Shown here: positions 26,115 through 40,331 of the stretch, one piece after another
Layout: each line of letters opens with the position of its first letter
Position numbering within the stretch: position 1 is the stretch's first letter
Source of the DNA: Eledone cirrhosa
Taxonomy: Eukaryota
NCBI GenBank assembly: GCA_964016885.1
Contig: OZ024746.1
Location: forward strand, 38,812,001-38,876,000
Direction of reading: 5' to 3'
Length of the DNA stretch: 64,000 bases
The notes under the pieces: model-generated
Databases searched by the model: none
What the model saw: only the letters and a program-made list of their open reading frames with translations
What the model was told of the DNA's origin: nothing
Made by a program: the position numbers and the translations under genes

Positions 26115-27035
26115 CTGAAATATTCATGATCTAATGCCTTAATGACTGCCAACTTGTTACCTTCAAATTTTTGTACCAGTCATGTAACAGTGAAGCTACT
26201 TTAATCAACTATAGTCTTCCACCAAAATTTGTGGTTGTGTGCCTACATTGGAAAGAAATCAATATTTTATGTAAATGTATTATATATGTAAATATATATA
26301 TATATATATATATATGTGTGTTTTCATATACACCTCTATTATACTTAAACGCTGTCTTAGTTTTACTGCCAATTAAATATAACTAGCCAAGCTTGCACTA
26401 TTTGCAAATGACCATTTCCAGTTGATGTTTTCTGTTTGCTATATAAAAATGAGCATTTCTAGCAAATGATCATCCAGCAAAATTTTATATAGACTATAGT
26501 CTTTTTCATGCTAGTACGTTTTGAGTTAGTGTCAGTGTTGAAAGATTAACAAATCTTGAAACAGTGTTGTATGTCATTCCTAGAATGTACTGGCAACTCT
26601 GGGATATATTCAGAGAGGAAAATAGAGAAAAACAAAATTTTTTTCGTTAGGGAAAAATATTTTACTTCGGCACCGAGGCCACCTATATGTTTATTGTAAG
26701 TAAACATATATGTTTTCAGATACATCTCTATTATACTTAATGCTATCATAGTGCTACCACAAATTATATATGTATATATCACACTGTAAAGGGGTCGTGT
26801 AAGTGTTACGGCAAAAAGCACCAAGACCATACTGTAAATATGGTTGGTATTAGGAAGAGCATCCAGCAGTAGAAACCAAGCCCAAATCAGTTCTGCATGA
26901 GCAAGACAGTCAGCTAACCTGGCATTTCTCACAACAGGGCAACTCATTTAACCCATGCTAGTGTAGAAAAATGGACGTTAAATGGTGATGAGAAATGTGT
27001 GAGAAATGCCAGGTTGGATGACTGTCTTGGTCATG

Positions 27036-30000
27036 CGTCCGCTTTTCCCTGCTTGCAAGGGTGGGACAGGTCCTATTCAGCACAGCATCTCTCCACTTGT
27101 CATGGTCCTTCGTCATCTCCACCGTGAAATTCAGCGATCTGAGGTTTTCACCACCTCCGTCCATGTTTTTAGTGGTCTACCTCTACTACATCTTCCTTCT
27201 GGCATTTCCTGGCACTTCTTCACCCATCCGTCATCCTCCATGTGCATCACGTGTCCATACCATCGCTGTCTCCTCTCCCGCACACTACAATCTATCCCTC
27301 TCAGACACAGTTTCTCTCTCAACACATCCATGCTCGGTCGTTCACGCACATTGACATTGCACATCCAACGGAGCATGTTTGCCTCATTTCTCTCCAGCCG
27401 TCGCATATCCTCTTCAGTTGTTGCCGATGTCTCACTACCATGCAGCACAACGCTCCTCGCACAGGCATCATATAACCGGCCTTTCATGCGCAGGGAGAAA
27501 CCCTTCATCAGCAGAGGAAGCAGCTCCCTAAACTTCTTCCAACCCGTCCTTATTCTAGATACTATGGCCTCGGAACACCCCCTCCCATGCTAATCTGATC
27601 TCCTAGGTACCAGAAGCTATCAACCAACTCTATAGCACCCACATGTATTTGAAAAATGTGTCTATCAATGTGACTTCTACTGTCAAATTTCCCTGTACAT
27701 CTACTGCATACGTATTTCTCCCTACCTGTTAGTGTGCTTGCTATCCCACTACATCTCTTGTGTACCCTAGATCTGCATTGTGTGTATTTTATAGAATTTA
27801 TGCCAGTTCCTTTTCTGCATATCGAACATGGCCATTTCCCTGACGGAATCAGAGTTTTGTCCTCATTTCTACTCATCAACACTTTTGTCTTAGCTAAGTT
27901 CACTCTCAGTCCTCTTGATTCCAACTGCTGTTTCCATAGCCAGAATTTATTCTCTAGCTCCTCTACTGATTCTGCTATAAGAACCAGATCGTCAGTATAG
28001 AGAAGTTCCCATAGACAGCCAATCTTAAACTCCTCTGTTATGGCTTGGAGGACTATAATGAACAAGAGTGGGCTGAGGTCCGAACCCTGATGTACTCCTA
28101 CTTGTATCTGGAATTCATCACTAAACTCTATTCCTATGCTCACTTTACTGACAGTACCTCCGTACAAAGTTTGCACTGTCCTCATAAGCCATTCCTCAAC
28201 ACCTAGTTTCCTTAGGGACCACCAAATGACAGATCGGGGTACACTATCAAAGGCCTTCTCTAGGTCAACAAAAGCTAAGTATAGTGCCTTATTCTTCTCT
28301 AAGAACCTCTCTTGTAATTGTCTCACCAAGAGACTGTTGTACTTTTACCATGCACAAAACCAAACTGCATCTCATCTAGTTTGACCCTTTCTCTAATTAG
28401 TTGTGCTAATATCCTTTCTGCCACTTTCATAACCTGATCCATCAGTTTTATACCCCTATAATTGCTCCTCTCCAGAGCATCCCCTTTACCTTTGTAGCAA
28501 TTTATGAGAATACTGCTGCATCAGTCTTTGGGTATGACATCGCCATATATAGCCTGATTGATGATGCGTGCAACCAGTTTAGTGCCTACGTCCCCTGATG
28601 CCTTCAGCATCTCAGCAACTATCCCCGACGGTCCAGCAGCCTTACCATTTTTCATTTCCTTAATCACCTTTTGGACCCTATATTCATCAATCTCAATAGC
28701 TGGTCCCTCTGTCGGATCTGCTGAGGGTAATTTCACTCTCTCCCATTCATTCTCCACATTCATCAGTGTCTCATAATGGCATTTCCAGGCCTCCTTTTTC
28801 TGATCATTCGTAACACTAAGTACACTGGCATCATTCCGGACACATTTATCTCCAACAACATCCTGATTTGCATTGAGACATTGCCTTGCAATGTGTAACA
28901 CTGCACGTCTCTGATCTTCCCGTCGCAGAACATTGGCAAACCTCCTACTCTCAGCCTCCCTGTGTGCTAAGTACACCTGGCATCTAGTTTCTCTCTTAGC
29001 GGCTGTATATCCTTCTCTACTCCCACCCTTTTTCCAAGCCTTCCATGCTAGTCTTTTATCTCTAATGGCCCTGTCTACTGTGCTGTTCCACCACCAGGCC
29101 CTGTCTACTGTGCTGTTCCACCACCAGGCCACTCTCTGTCTGGTTGGAGCTCTGCTCCAGCCACAAGTTTCATCAGTAGCCTGCAGTAAGTTGTCACATA
29201 AGAAATTCCAGTTATCATCTATGTCATACGACTCTAAATCATCTTTTTCGTCATACACATCTTGAAGGGCTTTCCTAAGTTTGTATTTTAGTGAAAGGTC
29301 TTTTAGCTTCTAGACCTTTCTTTTCCGCACCTTCCTGTATGTCTCATTCCGTCTCTTGCTTACTGAGATATCACTAATGACTAACCTATGCTGTGGGGTA
29401 CATTCTTCCCCAGGGTATTCCTTGGTATTTGACACCATCTGCCTGTCCCGCTGCCTAACTAGTAAGAAGTCAATCTGGCTTATGTGCGCACCTGATTTGT
29501 AGGTTATTAGGTGGTTTGGCAGGTTTCTGGAAGTTAGTGTTGCAAATGGTTAGTGTACTTGCATCACAAAATTCAAGAAGTCTCACTCCTTCTTCATTTC
29601 TTGAGCCATAACTGTGCCCACCATGTACCCCAGTGTAACCATCCTGGAGCTGTCCAACATGACCATTGAAGTCCCCTGCTAGCATAACAATGTCTCCGTC
29701 CTCTGTCAATGCGGCTGTTTGTAAAAGTTGCTCGTAAAAGCAGTCTTTCTCTTCTTTACCTAGGCCTGCCTGGGGAGCATAGGCAGAGATGATTGTCAGT
29801 AGTCTCCTGCCTACAACTAATCTAAGCTTAATTATTCTATTAACTCAAACTACCTCTATTGTCTTATCGATCCATCTCTCAGCCAGGAAAATGCCAACTT
29901 CCCGTAACCCATCATCCTTACCTACCCAGAAAAGATTATAGCTAAGATGTTTGCCTGCGATTAGTCTCGCAGAGGCACCTCTCCATCTCACCTCTTGCAT

Positions 30001-30038
30001 GCCGCACACATCCACATAACTTCTCTCCAGCATCTCCG
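27036..30038 (-). mobile_element. RTE-clade LINE (APE endonuclease + RT), pseudogenised; 5' end lost in the assembly gap
   Basis: APE motifs VDVCGMQEVRW, AGDFNGHVG and EGVRLLEFC; RT motifs GKAAGPSGI, AFVDLEKAFDSVPR, GVHQGSDLSPLLF and LLYTDDLVL; C-terminus RWYGHV..RGRPLKTW; several stops and frameshifts. Confidence 0.95.
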
Positions 30039-30238
30039 NNNNNNNNNNNNNNNNNNNNNNNNNNNNNNNNNNNNNNNNNNNNNNNNNNNNNNNNNNNNNN
30101 NNNNNNNNNNNNNNNNNNNNNNNNNNNNNNNNNNNNNNNNNNNNNNNNNNNNNNNNNNNNNNNNNNNNNNNNNNNNNNNNNNNNNNNNNNNNNNNNNNNN
30201 NNNNNNNNNNNNNNNNNNNNNNNNNNNNNNNNNNNNNN
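30039..30238. other. Assembly gap (200 N)
   Basis: Run of N. Confidence 1.
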
Positions 30239-31532
30239 ATAGACACACATACATACATATAAACACACATTTACATTCCATTTCCAAAATATATTGATGA
30301 ACAAAAACAAACAAGAAAAATATATAGGAGAAAATATATTAACCTTAATAAATTTGTCTTTTATTCTTCTTGAACTTAAAATTGTTCACTGTACTTGGCT
30401 TGGCATGATCTGCTTCACACTATTAACAAAACTATTGAATAACAAAACCTAACAGCACTATTGACCTCTCTACACACTGCCCCCTCCCTCCCTCGTTCTC
30501 TACACCCCACCTACTTCACTACTCAACCACCCGAAATACCTTATGAAAGATTCCATCATGACTCAGATGTCTTGTTTAGTAAATATCTATGTAGTGTATA
30601 GACTATCTTCCTGTAGACCTAATATTTTTGATCAATGCCTCCTACAACACTCATCAAACCCCATCTGTGTATGTGGAGGGAAGAGGATAAGGCGGCAGAA
30701 CACTTACCTACTCTTCACCACCACCCCTGCCACTACCAAACACCACCAACACCATGACATTTGAACTGCTAGAAATAGCAGCCAAATCTCCCCCAAATCT
30801 CAACCTACCTACTATCTTTTTTAAAAAGACATGCTGAATAATATGGTCCTGGGTTTCCTGCACATAGGAAAAAATTGGGATGGTCATGGGTGGAATGCTT
30901 TTTATCGTAGGTCTGCTCAATCGGCTTGACCTAGTGTTATACAGCAACAATCACCTTCACCATGGTCAAATAACATCATCATCACCAGTCTCAAACTCCA
31001 CTACAGCTATTGTTACAGTCTCACCACTACCCACACACCACCACTGCAAGACAATGAGAGAACCTGTATGTGATTGATCGATTTGCTAGAAATACCAGCC
31101 AAGTTTCCCTCAGATTACACCCTACCATGTTAAAGAAGTTAGTAAAAGTTAAAGTCTATTCTAAGCCGAAGGTTCAGCAGGCTGGTATTTATCTCAGGTT
31201 TCCTTGGTGTTAAGTGACTAAGAAGTACAAGACTCTCCCTGGACAGGACACTAGTCTATTGCAGGTTTAACTCTCCTGCTACTGTTGGTACTCATCTCAG
31301 CTGAGTATACTGGAGCAACATGGAATAAAGCGTTTTGCTCAAAAACACAAAACACAACCCAGTCCAGGAATCGAACCAACGACATTTCGATCATATGTTA
31401 AGTATCCTAACCCTTAGGCCATGCAACTTCAATCTTAAAAAAGACATTGGATACTATAGTCCAGTCAAGCTACATCAAAAAAGTTGGGGGGGTGCCTGAC
31501 AGAGTGATCATGAGAGGAATGCCTTTGGGGTT

Positions 31533-31992
31533 CAACGACGACAACAACAGAATCAATGACAACAACAATGACGACAACAACAACAACGACAACAACAACA
31601 ACGACAACAGCGACAACAACAATGACGACAACAACAACAACAACAACAGCAATGAGAACAACAACGACAACAGCAATGAGAACAACAACGACAACAACAA
31701 CAACAACAGCAATGAGAACAACAACGACAATAACAACAACAACAGCAATGAGAACAACAACAACAGCAATGAGAACAACAATGACAATAACGACAGCAAT
31801 GAGAACAACAACAACGACAGCAATGACAAGAACGACAATAACAATGACAACAACGACAACAACGACGACAACAGCAATGACAACAACGACAACAACAATA
31901 ACAACAACGACAGCAGCAATGACAACAACGACAATAACAAAAATGACGACAACAATAAGGACGACGATGACAACGTCACCACCACCACCACC
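31533..31992. repeat. (AAC/GAC/AAT)n trinucleotide repeat with a recurring AGCAATGAG motif
   Basis: Read directly; it produces the poly-N/D, poly-T, poly-V and poly-L ORFs. Confidence 0.95.
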
Positions 31993-32698
31993 ATTGGGTC
32001 TTTCAAGATATTTTGTGGAGGTTAGTTGGTGAGATAATTCTGTGGTGACTGACTCAGTGAAGGAAGGGAGTGGGCAGGAAGACAAAACTGAAGGTTGAAG
32101 GAAAAAAGCAACACCCACTACTATAAACACAGTACAAACACCCACTATTAACATACACAGCCACACACAAACATATACAAACACATACACAACCCCCACC
32201 ACCTAAAACCCATACACACAAACAACTACCCAACATCACCTCAAACACATATACACACACAAACCACAAACACCCACTACAAACAAACATATACATACAT
32301 ATACATACATACACATATATATATACACACACAAACACATACATATACATACACACACACAAAACCACACACCACCACCTCAAACCCTCAAAACTACCCA
32401 CATACATACAAACCAGCTACAACCACCACCACAAAGACACACACACACACACGCACATAATCATTCAATTACATACACACACTCCACCAAAATTATAAAC
32501 ACCAAACTTTGTAGTAACACCTTAATTATATTCTATCATGTATCAAGGATAGGAATCATGCATGAATGATTGACTGGCAAGTGTTGGGTGTTAGAGTAGT
32601 GAAGGAAGACAAATACATAATTAGACAGATTCATTGGCACAAGACAACTTTAGAGGGGGGTGGGGAGCAATCTTCTATAATAATTTCATTCACATTAA

Positions 32699-33130
32699 CC
32701 CTTTAGCATTTACATTACTCTATATTTACTATTGTCTTTTCATGGTAAAGACTTTATCTCACATAATTATCTCACTCAATAGTGAATCTATGAGATTTTG
32801 ATGATGTTATTTATTTTGAGAACAATACCTTAACGTAAGTGTGAACAACTGATTATGGCCAGTTTGAACAGAAAGAGGTGAGAGAACTCTGGCTGGATAT
32901 GGCTGGTTTAACCCTTTAGCATTTAAATTACTATATATTTACTATTGTCTTTTCATGGTAAAGGCTTTATTTCACATAATTATATCACATAATATCGAAT
33001 CTACAAGATTTTGATGATATTCATTTTGAGAACAATACCTAACATAGGTATGAGTGGCCAGTTACGGCCATTTGAACAGAAAGAGCTGAGAAAATTCTGG
33101 CCAGATTTGGCCGATTTAAATGGTAAAGGG
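32699..33130 (-). mobile_element. Tandem dimer of the piggyBac-like MITE
   Basis: Outer TTAA at 32695 and 33131. The second copy starts at 32912, right after the internal TTAA at 32908-32911. Confidence 0.85.
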
Positions 33131-35809
33131 TTAAGGATGCTTTATTGGGATATTAAATCAAACACACCATCCCATACTTGGGTAAAGCTAATGACCAGCT
33201 TTGGTCACAAATGACCATGGGATATGCACCTAAAAAGTTTCCCTTATGAGGCACAAGTCCAGGCAAAGTGTTATTGTGGAAAGCCAGCAGTGACCTTTGC
33301 ATACCAGTCTTCCCTCACTATGCCATTGATATTGTTCAAAGGTAAGGCAAACGTTGATACAGCTTGTTGTCAGTGACATCGCAACTCATTTCTACACATC
33401 GCCGCCCGGTTCAGAAAGCAAACTCACAACCTCATAATTGTTAATCCAACACTCTAACCCCTAAGCCATATGCCTTCACTGATGCACTATTTTATCAAAC
33501 TCCTACCCACCTCTATGAAAAGGAAATCTAGCCTTGTTAGAATCAAACTGAGAATGTCAACCCACTGCCAATTATATTAGCCTCAGTACTACACTGTTAT
33601 TCATTGTCTTGGCCCCAGAAGGATCAAAGCACTGTCAAATCAAAAATATCATTTTACTTGGAGATCTGTATCTTATACTTATCATGAGGTGCTTTTCGAG
33701 GCATTGTTTTATGGCCAGATGCCCTTCCTGACACTAACTCTTTTAGTTGCTTCTTACAACACAAAGATATAGTGTACCTATTCTAAAACAGTGAATGAAT
33801 GGAGTATCACTATATTTACATCTATAGGAGAGTTCTACAACAACACATAATAATATATACCTCAACTTGAATGTAAACAAATCCAAACCAAACCCATGTC
33901 ACTGTGAACCCTAACAAATATTAACCCCAATCCTATAATCATCCCTGCTCCTAACACCATACCACATTAGCCATAAATTACATTCAGACCCATCCTTCAA
34001 AGCCATACCTCAGCCCTCTCAGCTAAATGATATGATCAATCTGCATCAATTACTGATGGTGGTGGTCGATGGACGTTATTATGCTACAGCTGTCATATTA
34101 CATAGTTTCAATATTACAATGTATATTACACATTAAAATTAATGAAACATCTTGCAAGTTTGTTGGTATTAGAGAGAGAAGAAAAAGAAAAAGAAGATGA
34201 GAGAGAGAAAGAAACAATGAATTGCAGAGGATGATGAGAATATAACCAGTGATGAATATAGTTTAAAGAAATTATATAAAATGAGAGGGTTGTTATTACT
34301 ATTATTATATTAATATTATATTAATATTAAATACTATTATAGTAATATTAAATAACATTACAGTTATCTGAGGGAATGGGAAAAATTGCTACTTTATTTT
34401 ATCGATCTCGGAAGGATGAATGACAAAAGTCAACGTCAGCAAGATTCAAATATCAGTGTGCAAGTAAAAACTGCATTGCATTTTGTCAAATGCTTTAACA
34501 ATTCTACCAAGCCACATAACAAAAAAAAACAAAAATAATAATAATAATAACAATCATAATAATAATAATAATAAATAAAATAATAATAGAATCCAGGAAG
34601 CTAATGGATAGGAACTGAATTCTTAACACTAATGAAATGCAACTCAATCTGTTTTACAAAGGGCAAAAGGAAAGCAAGTAGGAAAAGGCACTGATATAGA
34701 GTTAAAATTCTTCTCAATATGGTTCCTTGACATCAAATAACAAAGTTTAAGATGGAGATCAATAAAGTCTTCTCAGTGTGATTGAGAGATAAGCAAGTTT
34801 CATTGGCAGACATGCCTTGGAAAATAGTGCCTAATGTTTCTGCAATATTGCCAAGACATTACTTAACTGACATTACGCCAAAATCTTTCAGCTAGGTCAC
34901 CTAACCCAATTTAGTTGCTTGCTTATTTATTGTTTCTTTTTATTCTTTATAATGTTTTTTTCCTAGTTTTCATTGTTGTTTGGTTTATCTTAATGTTGCT
35001 ACCTGAAAATGTAAAGGGATGATAAATTTTATCCCAGTTTTCAAAGCAACTGATTGGTTGGAAAAGCAAGCATGTCTTTAACTTCATTTTATAAGACATC
35101 AGTCTATCATTCTTTCTGTTAATGCATTTCGTGAATCACACTGATCCATTAGTCTTTACTTTAGTACACATTTCCACAACAATTTATCCACTAGTAAAGA
35201 TACTAAAAACATTTGATTATGAATTAACAAACCACATTTTTTAGATATTTTCTAGTAAATCATTACATAATAAGAAGAGTTCACCACCACAACCACTCTG
35301 GAATTGCCGAATATTTCAATCTCTTGCCTTATCTAAAGTAATGTGCAAGAAATAGTATGTTTATGCACATTTTTCTCAAACTGCTAAATCTACATGACGA
35401 AATATTTATTTCAGCAGTTGATTAATGTGTAAACCAGTCTGACTGAGAAAGCATGCATGCTTCACACTGTACTCATGAGGGAATGAGCAGTGCCTATTAC
35501 TTTTCTCAAGGCATCAGAGAGACTATTGAGAAGGAGGAAAGTGTCCTCAAACTGGAGACCTAGTTTGAATGCTTGCAACAGAGTTGACTCCACTAAAGGC
35601 ACCCAAGGATCAAGTAGTGGTGTTAAGCCAGGCAACATTTTGAGGTCATAAAAAAAAGATCAGATGATCATGGCTAGAATACATTTGAGCATAGATCTAT
35701 TTAATCAGTGTTGATCTAGGACTTAACAAACAGCAACCACTTCAAAATTATTTTTTTAAGTAAGTCTAGATATATATTGTTATTTAATTATTTTTATTAT
35801 TATCATCAG

Positions 35810-36430
35810 TTTGAGTTCAAATCTTGCCGAGGTCAACTTTGCCTTTCATCCTTACAGGATTAATCAAATAAAGCACCAGCAATGCACTGGGGTAATTGCA
35901 GCCCTTGTGCCAAAAGTAGCTCTTATTCGCGATCATATTCTTTCGGTGATTACCCAAAATTTATGAATTTCATTGAAATCAACTTTGCTTTTCAACCTTC
36001 CATGGTCAATAGAATAAAGTAGCAGATAAGTATTAGGAACAATTTAATCGACTAAGATTAAACTAAAAAATTGCAGCAATGTACCAATGCTAAAATTCAC
36101 CATTATTGAATTAGCAGTATTCGTAGAGTGTTGGACAACATACTTTGCAACATATACTTACGTCCCTTTATGTTCTGAGGTTAGCTTATGGGGGTCGATA
36201 AAACAAGATACCAGTAATGCATTAGTGTCAATTTAATTGACTTTCTCTTCCTCCAAAATTGTTGGCCTTGTGTGTAAACCAGAAGAGGAAGGTTTATTGG
36301 CAGAACCATTATTATGTCAGGTGAAATGCATTGCAGTATTTTGAAAAGGCGCTCTACACTGAGTTCAAATTCTGCCAGGGTCAACTTTGCTTTATATCCT
36401 TCTGGGATCAATTAAATAAAGTAGCAATCA
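35810..36430 (+). mobile_element. Cluster of about four decayed family B SINEs
   Basis: Repeated GAGTTCAAAT..GTCAACTTTGC..ATAAAGTA motifs. Confidence 0.75.
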
Positions 36431-36561
36431 AGAGAAGTTCTTCAATGCCACAACAAAAGAAAAGGTAAATGTGAAAGATATCAACTGTCTTAGCCAACCA
36501 GGAATTAAATCTGATATCTGCAGTTGATTAATTTATGTTGTTTGGTGTTTTGTGTCACAAT

Positions 36562-36689
36562 TTATTCTTGTGTAATAAATGAAAAGAAATCAATGATTGC
36601 GCTCTTAATTCTCTGCACCAAATCAACTGCACTTGTTGTTCCTGTTAATGCAACATTTTCTGCAACTTGTTCACCAAACAATCTGCAGC
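36562..36689 (-). CDS. Candidate terminal coding exon
   Basis: After ...ACAATAATTAG the frame reads CRLFGEQVAENVALTGTTSAVDLVQRIKSAIIDFFSFITQE*, with an in-frame stop just upstream of the acceptor. No homology recognised. Confidence 0.25.
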
Positions 36690-36829
36690 CTAATTATTGT
36701 AAAATGAATGCTGAAGTGATTGACTGGATGCTGTGACAAACTAACAGGAAAGTCTAATGTACTAACTCAACCTGCTAAAAATAACAGCCAATTTTCCTCC
36801 AAATCACACCAAAGTAACTTTAAAACAAA

Positions 36830-37000
36830 CAATAATTGTTTCTACTTTTGGCACAAGGCCAGCAATTATCCCCAGTGCATTACTGGTGCTTTATTTTATC
36901 AAACCCATAAGGATGAAAGGCAAAGTTACTCTCGGCAGGATTTGCAATCAGAACGTAAAGGGCCATAACTATGCGGCAAAGCATGGTGTCTGACGCTCTA
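36830..37000 (-). mobile_element. Family B SINE
   Basis: Matches 56418-56602. Confidence 0.85.
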
Positions 37001-38445
37001 AAAGAATGATGTAGTTTTATATGCATTATGTCCTGTTAAAAAAAAAGCCAGGTTTGTTATGGCTGGAATACTTTTGACAATAGTTCTGTTTGATCAGAAC
37101 TGATCTGGGGCTAAAATATCACAAATGAATTTGTGAAAGTTTTTGTAGGTTCATTTAAATAAAAAGAAATTAAAATGATATGAAGTGTTACTACAATATT
37201 GGGTCTTTGTTTACAATTGCTTTATATTCAAAGAATGTGAAAAAATTGTGAGAGATGTCAACTATCCTGACAGAGGTGAAGGATAGGAACATGGTGAGAC
37301 GTAAATAAAACAGCTCAGCTAACATGGAATGGTAGTAGGTTGCTGTGAGTACTGCTTTTTAACCCTCATCTTAATGACATGAAGCAGTTAAGAGATAAAT
37401 CAACTATGCTTGAGCAAAGGCACCAGTTTACATCATATTTATCTGATACCTATTCCTGCAGATATCTAAATAAACTGAATCAATGTAGAAAGAAATGTTG
37501 CACAAAAACAAAATGGAAAGCCTGCAAAATATTTGAGTGTTTAACTCATAAGCCCAGCTGCTATGACCTGTGGAAGAGGTAGACCCAGGATGAGGTTGTG
37601 AGGGCCAACCTGAAGAGAAACTAAACCTCTCAACAGAAATGACTAAAGTTCATAAGGGTTGGCTGAAGACGACCCAACCTGCAACATGGAATGTGGCCTG
37701 AACCCTCCCTCTTCCACCACAGCTCACCAACAGATATCTTCAACACCACTACAACCCTCACTGCACATATCCCATGCCTGCTCCCCACACATGCTCCTAA
37801 CTGCTTCCCCCTTGTGAAGTGGTTGGTGATGGGAAGAGCATCCCATAAGGGTAATGGGTTGGGAGGACCCTTCAGTCACCTATCTGAAAATTATGCCCAA
37901 TGTGATTGTCAAGTTGTCCTTAATGGTAGCACCAGTCCTACATGGCATACAAGCTTATTCAAGCTCACAAACCACTGCATAAAAATATTTGTCAACAAAG
38001 ACCACCAACAGTTTCCTGAGACTTTCTTTCTTAGTCTTTTTGTAAAACAAATAATAGGTAATGATGTAATGCTTAGTGCAATGGCAGAAATAGAGAGGAG
38101 AGGGTGGGGCAAGGAGAAGACAGAGAAGGTGAAGGTGAGAGTGAGGCGGAGGAGGAGAAGGAGAAAGGAAGCAGTTAATTCTAATAGTTGTGGTAGTGCA
38201 GGTGTATATTCTATAATTAAAATCAATTAACACCTGCTTTATACTGTTGTTAAATAACTACTCAATTAATGAACTTAGGACTACACAGCTAGGTTTAAAA
38301 CTGCAACTGTCGTTGTGGTGGTGGTGGACATGGTGGTGGTAGAGGCAGAGGCAGTAATGACAAGTGTTATTTTGCATTTTTTAGCCCTAGTTAAGCAGAC
38401 ATGAAAAAACATTTCAGCTGTGACCATCCCATCTTTTTCCTACAT

Positions 38446-38800
38446 GGAGGCACATGGCTTAGTGGTTAGAGCATTGGCCTTGCAATCGAAAGGTTGTGAG
38501 TTCAATTCTCAGACCGGGTGATGTGTTGTTTCCTTGAGCAAGACACTTTATTTCACATTGCTCCAGTTTACTCAGCTGTAGGAATGAGATGATAGGGACT
38601 GGGGTCTCTATCATTCCACTGCAAAGTGGTCCTTGAGGTGCCATGGTAAAAAAGCACCCAGCACTCAATGTAAATGAGGTTGGTGTTAGGAAGGGCATCC
38701 AGCTGTAGAAATCAAGCCAGAATCAGTTCCCATCTCACCCTTGCAGGCAGGGAAAAGTGGACGTAAAATGAAATGAAATAAATGAAATGAATGAAATGAA
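38446..38800 (+). mobile_element. Full-length family A SINE
   Basis: GGAGGCACATGGCTTAGTGG head through the (AATGA)n tail. Confidence 0.92.
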
Positions 38801-39671
38801 AGAACACGACATTATCGAAAGTATCTTTTTCTAAGACAGTGTGGGTGTAATATGAGAGATTTGGCTGCTATTTCAGATCAAGTAAATAGACTACATATCA
38901 GCTATGTTGGATCAGGTGGTGACAGTTGTGATGTTAGTTGCGATAACCTATTAGTGTCTGTAATAGTTGTTGTTGTGGTGGTGGTGGTAGTTGCAGTGGT
39001 TATTGTGGTGGTGCTGATGTAATGTTTGTGCTGATATTTGTGGTAGTGGAGGTAATGATGCCATATCAATGGCTGTGATTCTGTTATGGGGGTTGGTTGC
39101 ACTATAATGGTGGTGGTGGTGATGATAGTGGCTGAGGGACATTGCTAGCAGTAGCAGTAAAAGCATTTTAGTAGCTTTTGCAGTGTGATGGATGTTGATA
39201 TGGTGTGAGGGGTTGTAGCAATGGGCTTAATAGTGATCAAGGTTCTAGTATGCTGGTGGTTAAAATAACATGATGATGATGGTGGTGTGAAAGTAGAAAG
39301 TAGCATTTAGGAATTAAATTGTGTTTTCTGTATTAAAAGACAGCAAGTGATCATTTAGCTCAGGGTCTATCCTATGATCAAACATGTTCCTAGACATGTG
39401 GATCCCATATTTTACTTAAGCCTAAACGATGTATCTAGGACTATATCATCCAGTCTGTCCTTCCTTTTTTTCTTAAATGGTAAGGTGTTATTTGAGGGGA
39501 ATTTATCTGCTATTTCTATAATTTGTTAAGGGACACTTATCCATTATATTGTAATGAAGGGTCACCACTAGCATCCTTATCAGAAAAGAATCCAACCCCA
39601 CAGGGAACAGAATAATACTTCCATTACCTTATCTACAGTACCTGTGTATTTGTGGTTCATAAATAATACAT

Positions 39672-39960
39672 AAGGTGGCAAATTGGCAGAGTCGTTATAA
39701 CGTCGGATAAAATGCTTTATGGTATTCGTCCCACCTCATTGCATGTTCTGTGTTCAAATCCCACCGGGGTCAACTTTTCCTTTCATCCTCTTGTTGATAA
39801 AAAAAGTACCAGTCCAGTACTGGGGTCGATTCTTCCTCTATAGAAATAAAATCACCTGTGTTCAGACCTGGAGAGGGTTGGGCTCCACCAGGTTTAAAAG
39901 AAGTGCCCTAGACACGCCATTTGACAGTGCCTCTACGACTCCACAAGGAGTTATGGGATC
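39672..39960 (+). mobile_element. Family C SINE
   Basis: TGGCAGAGTCG A box, GTTCAAATCCC B box, and tail shared with 16806 and 60720. Confidence 0.8.
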
Positions 39961-40274
39961 TTTATCCTTTTTTTTTTTTTAAATAATACATATATCATTG
40001 GTATTTTATATTTTGGGTGTTGTTGTTAGTAGTGGTAGTGGTGGTGGTGATTGGAGAGGATATATTTGATAGAGTGGTGCTGGTGGTACCACAGAAGAAG
40101 TATCAAGCCCCACCTCTGTCCCTTAGTTCCAAGTACAAGATAAACATTGACATGTTCAAGCCAGTACTACCAGGAGACAAACACACTTTCAACTCCTCCT
40201 CACACAAACATATCCACCTCTTTTCACGTAAACATACGTCACCACACCTAACATACATACATAAAAGTATACAC

Positions 40275-40328
<54 letters not shown>

Positions 40329-40331
<3 letters not shown>

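Noticed and set aside
29845-30314. ORFs spanning the N run
   Set aside because: Gap artefacts. Only the part left of 30039 is real LINE endonuclease sequence.
31447-32202. Asn/Asp-, Thr-, Val- or Leu-rich proteins
   Set aside because: A trinucleotide repeat open in several frames, with no splice or homology support.
38446-38520. tRNA gene (GCA anticodon-like loop)
   Set aside because: It is a SINE head: no proper acceptor stem, and it continues into the SINE core in all four copies.
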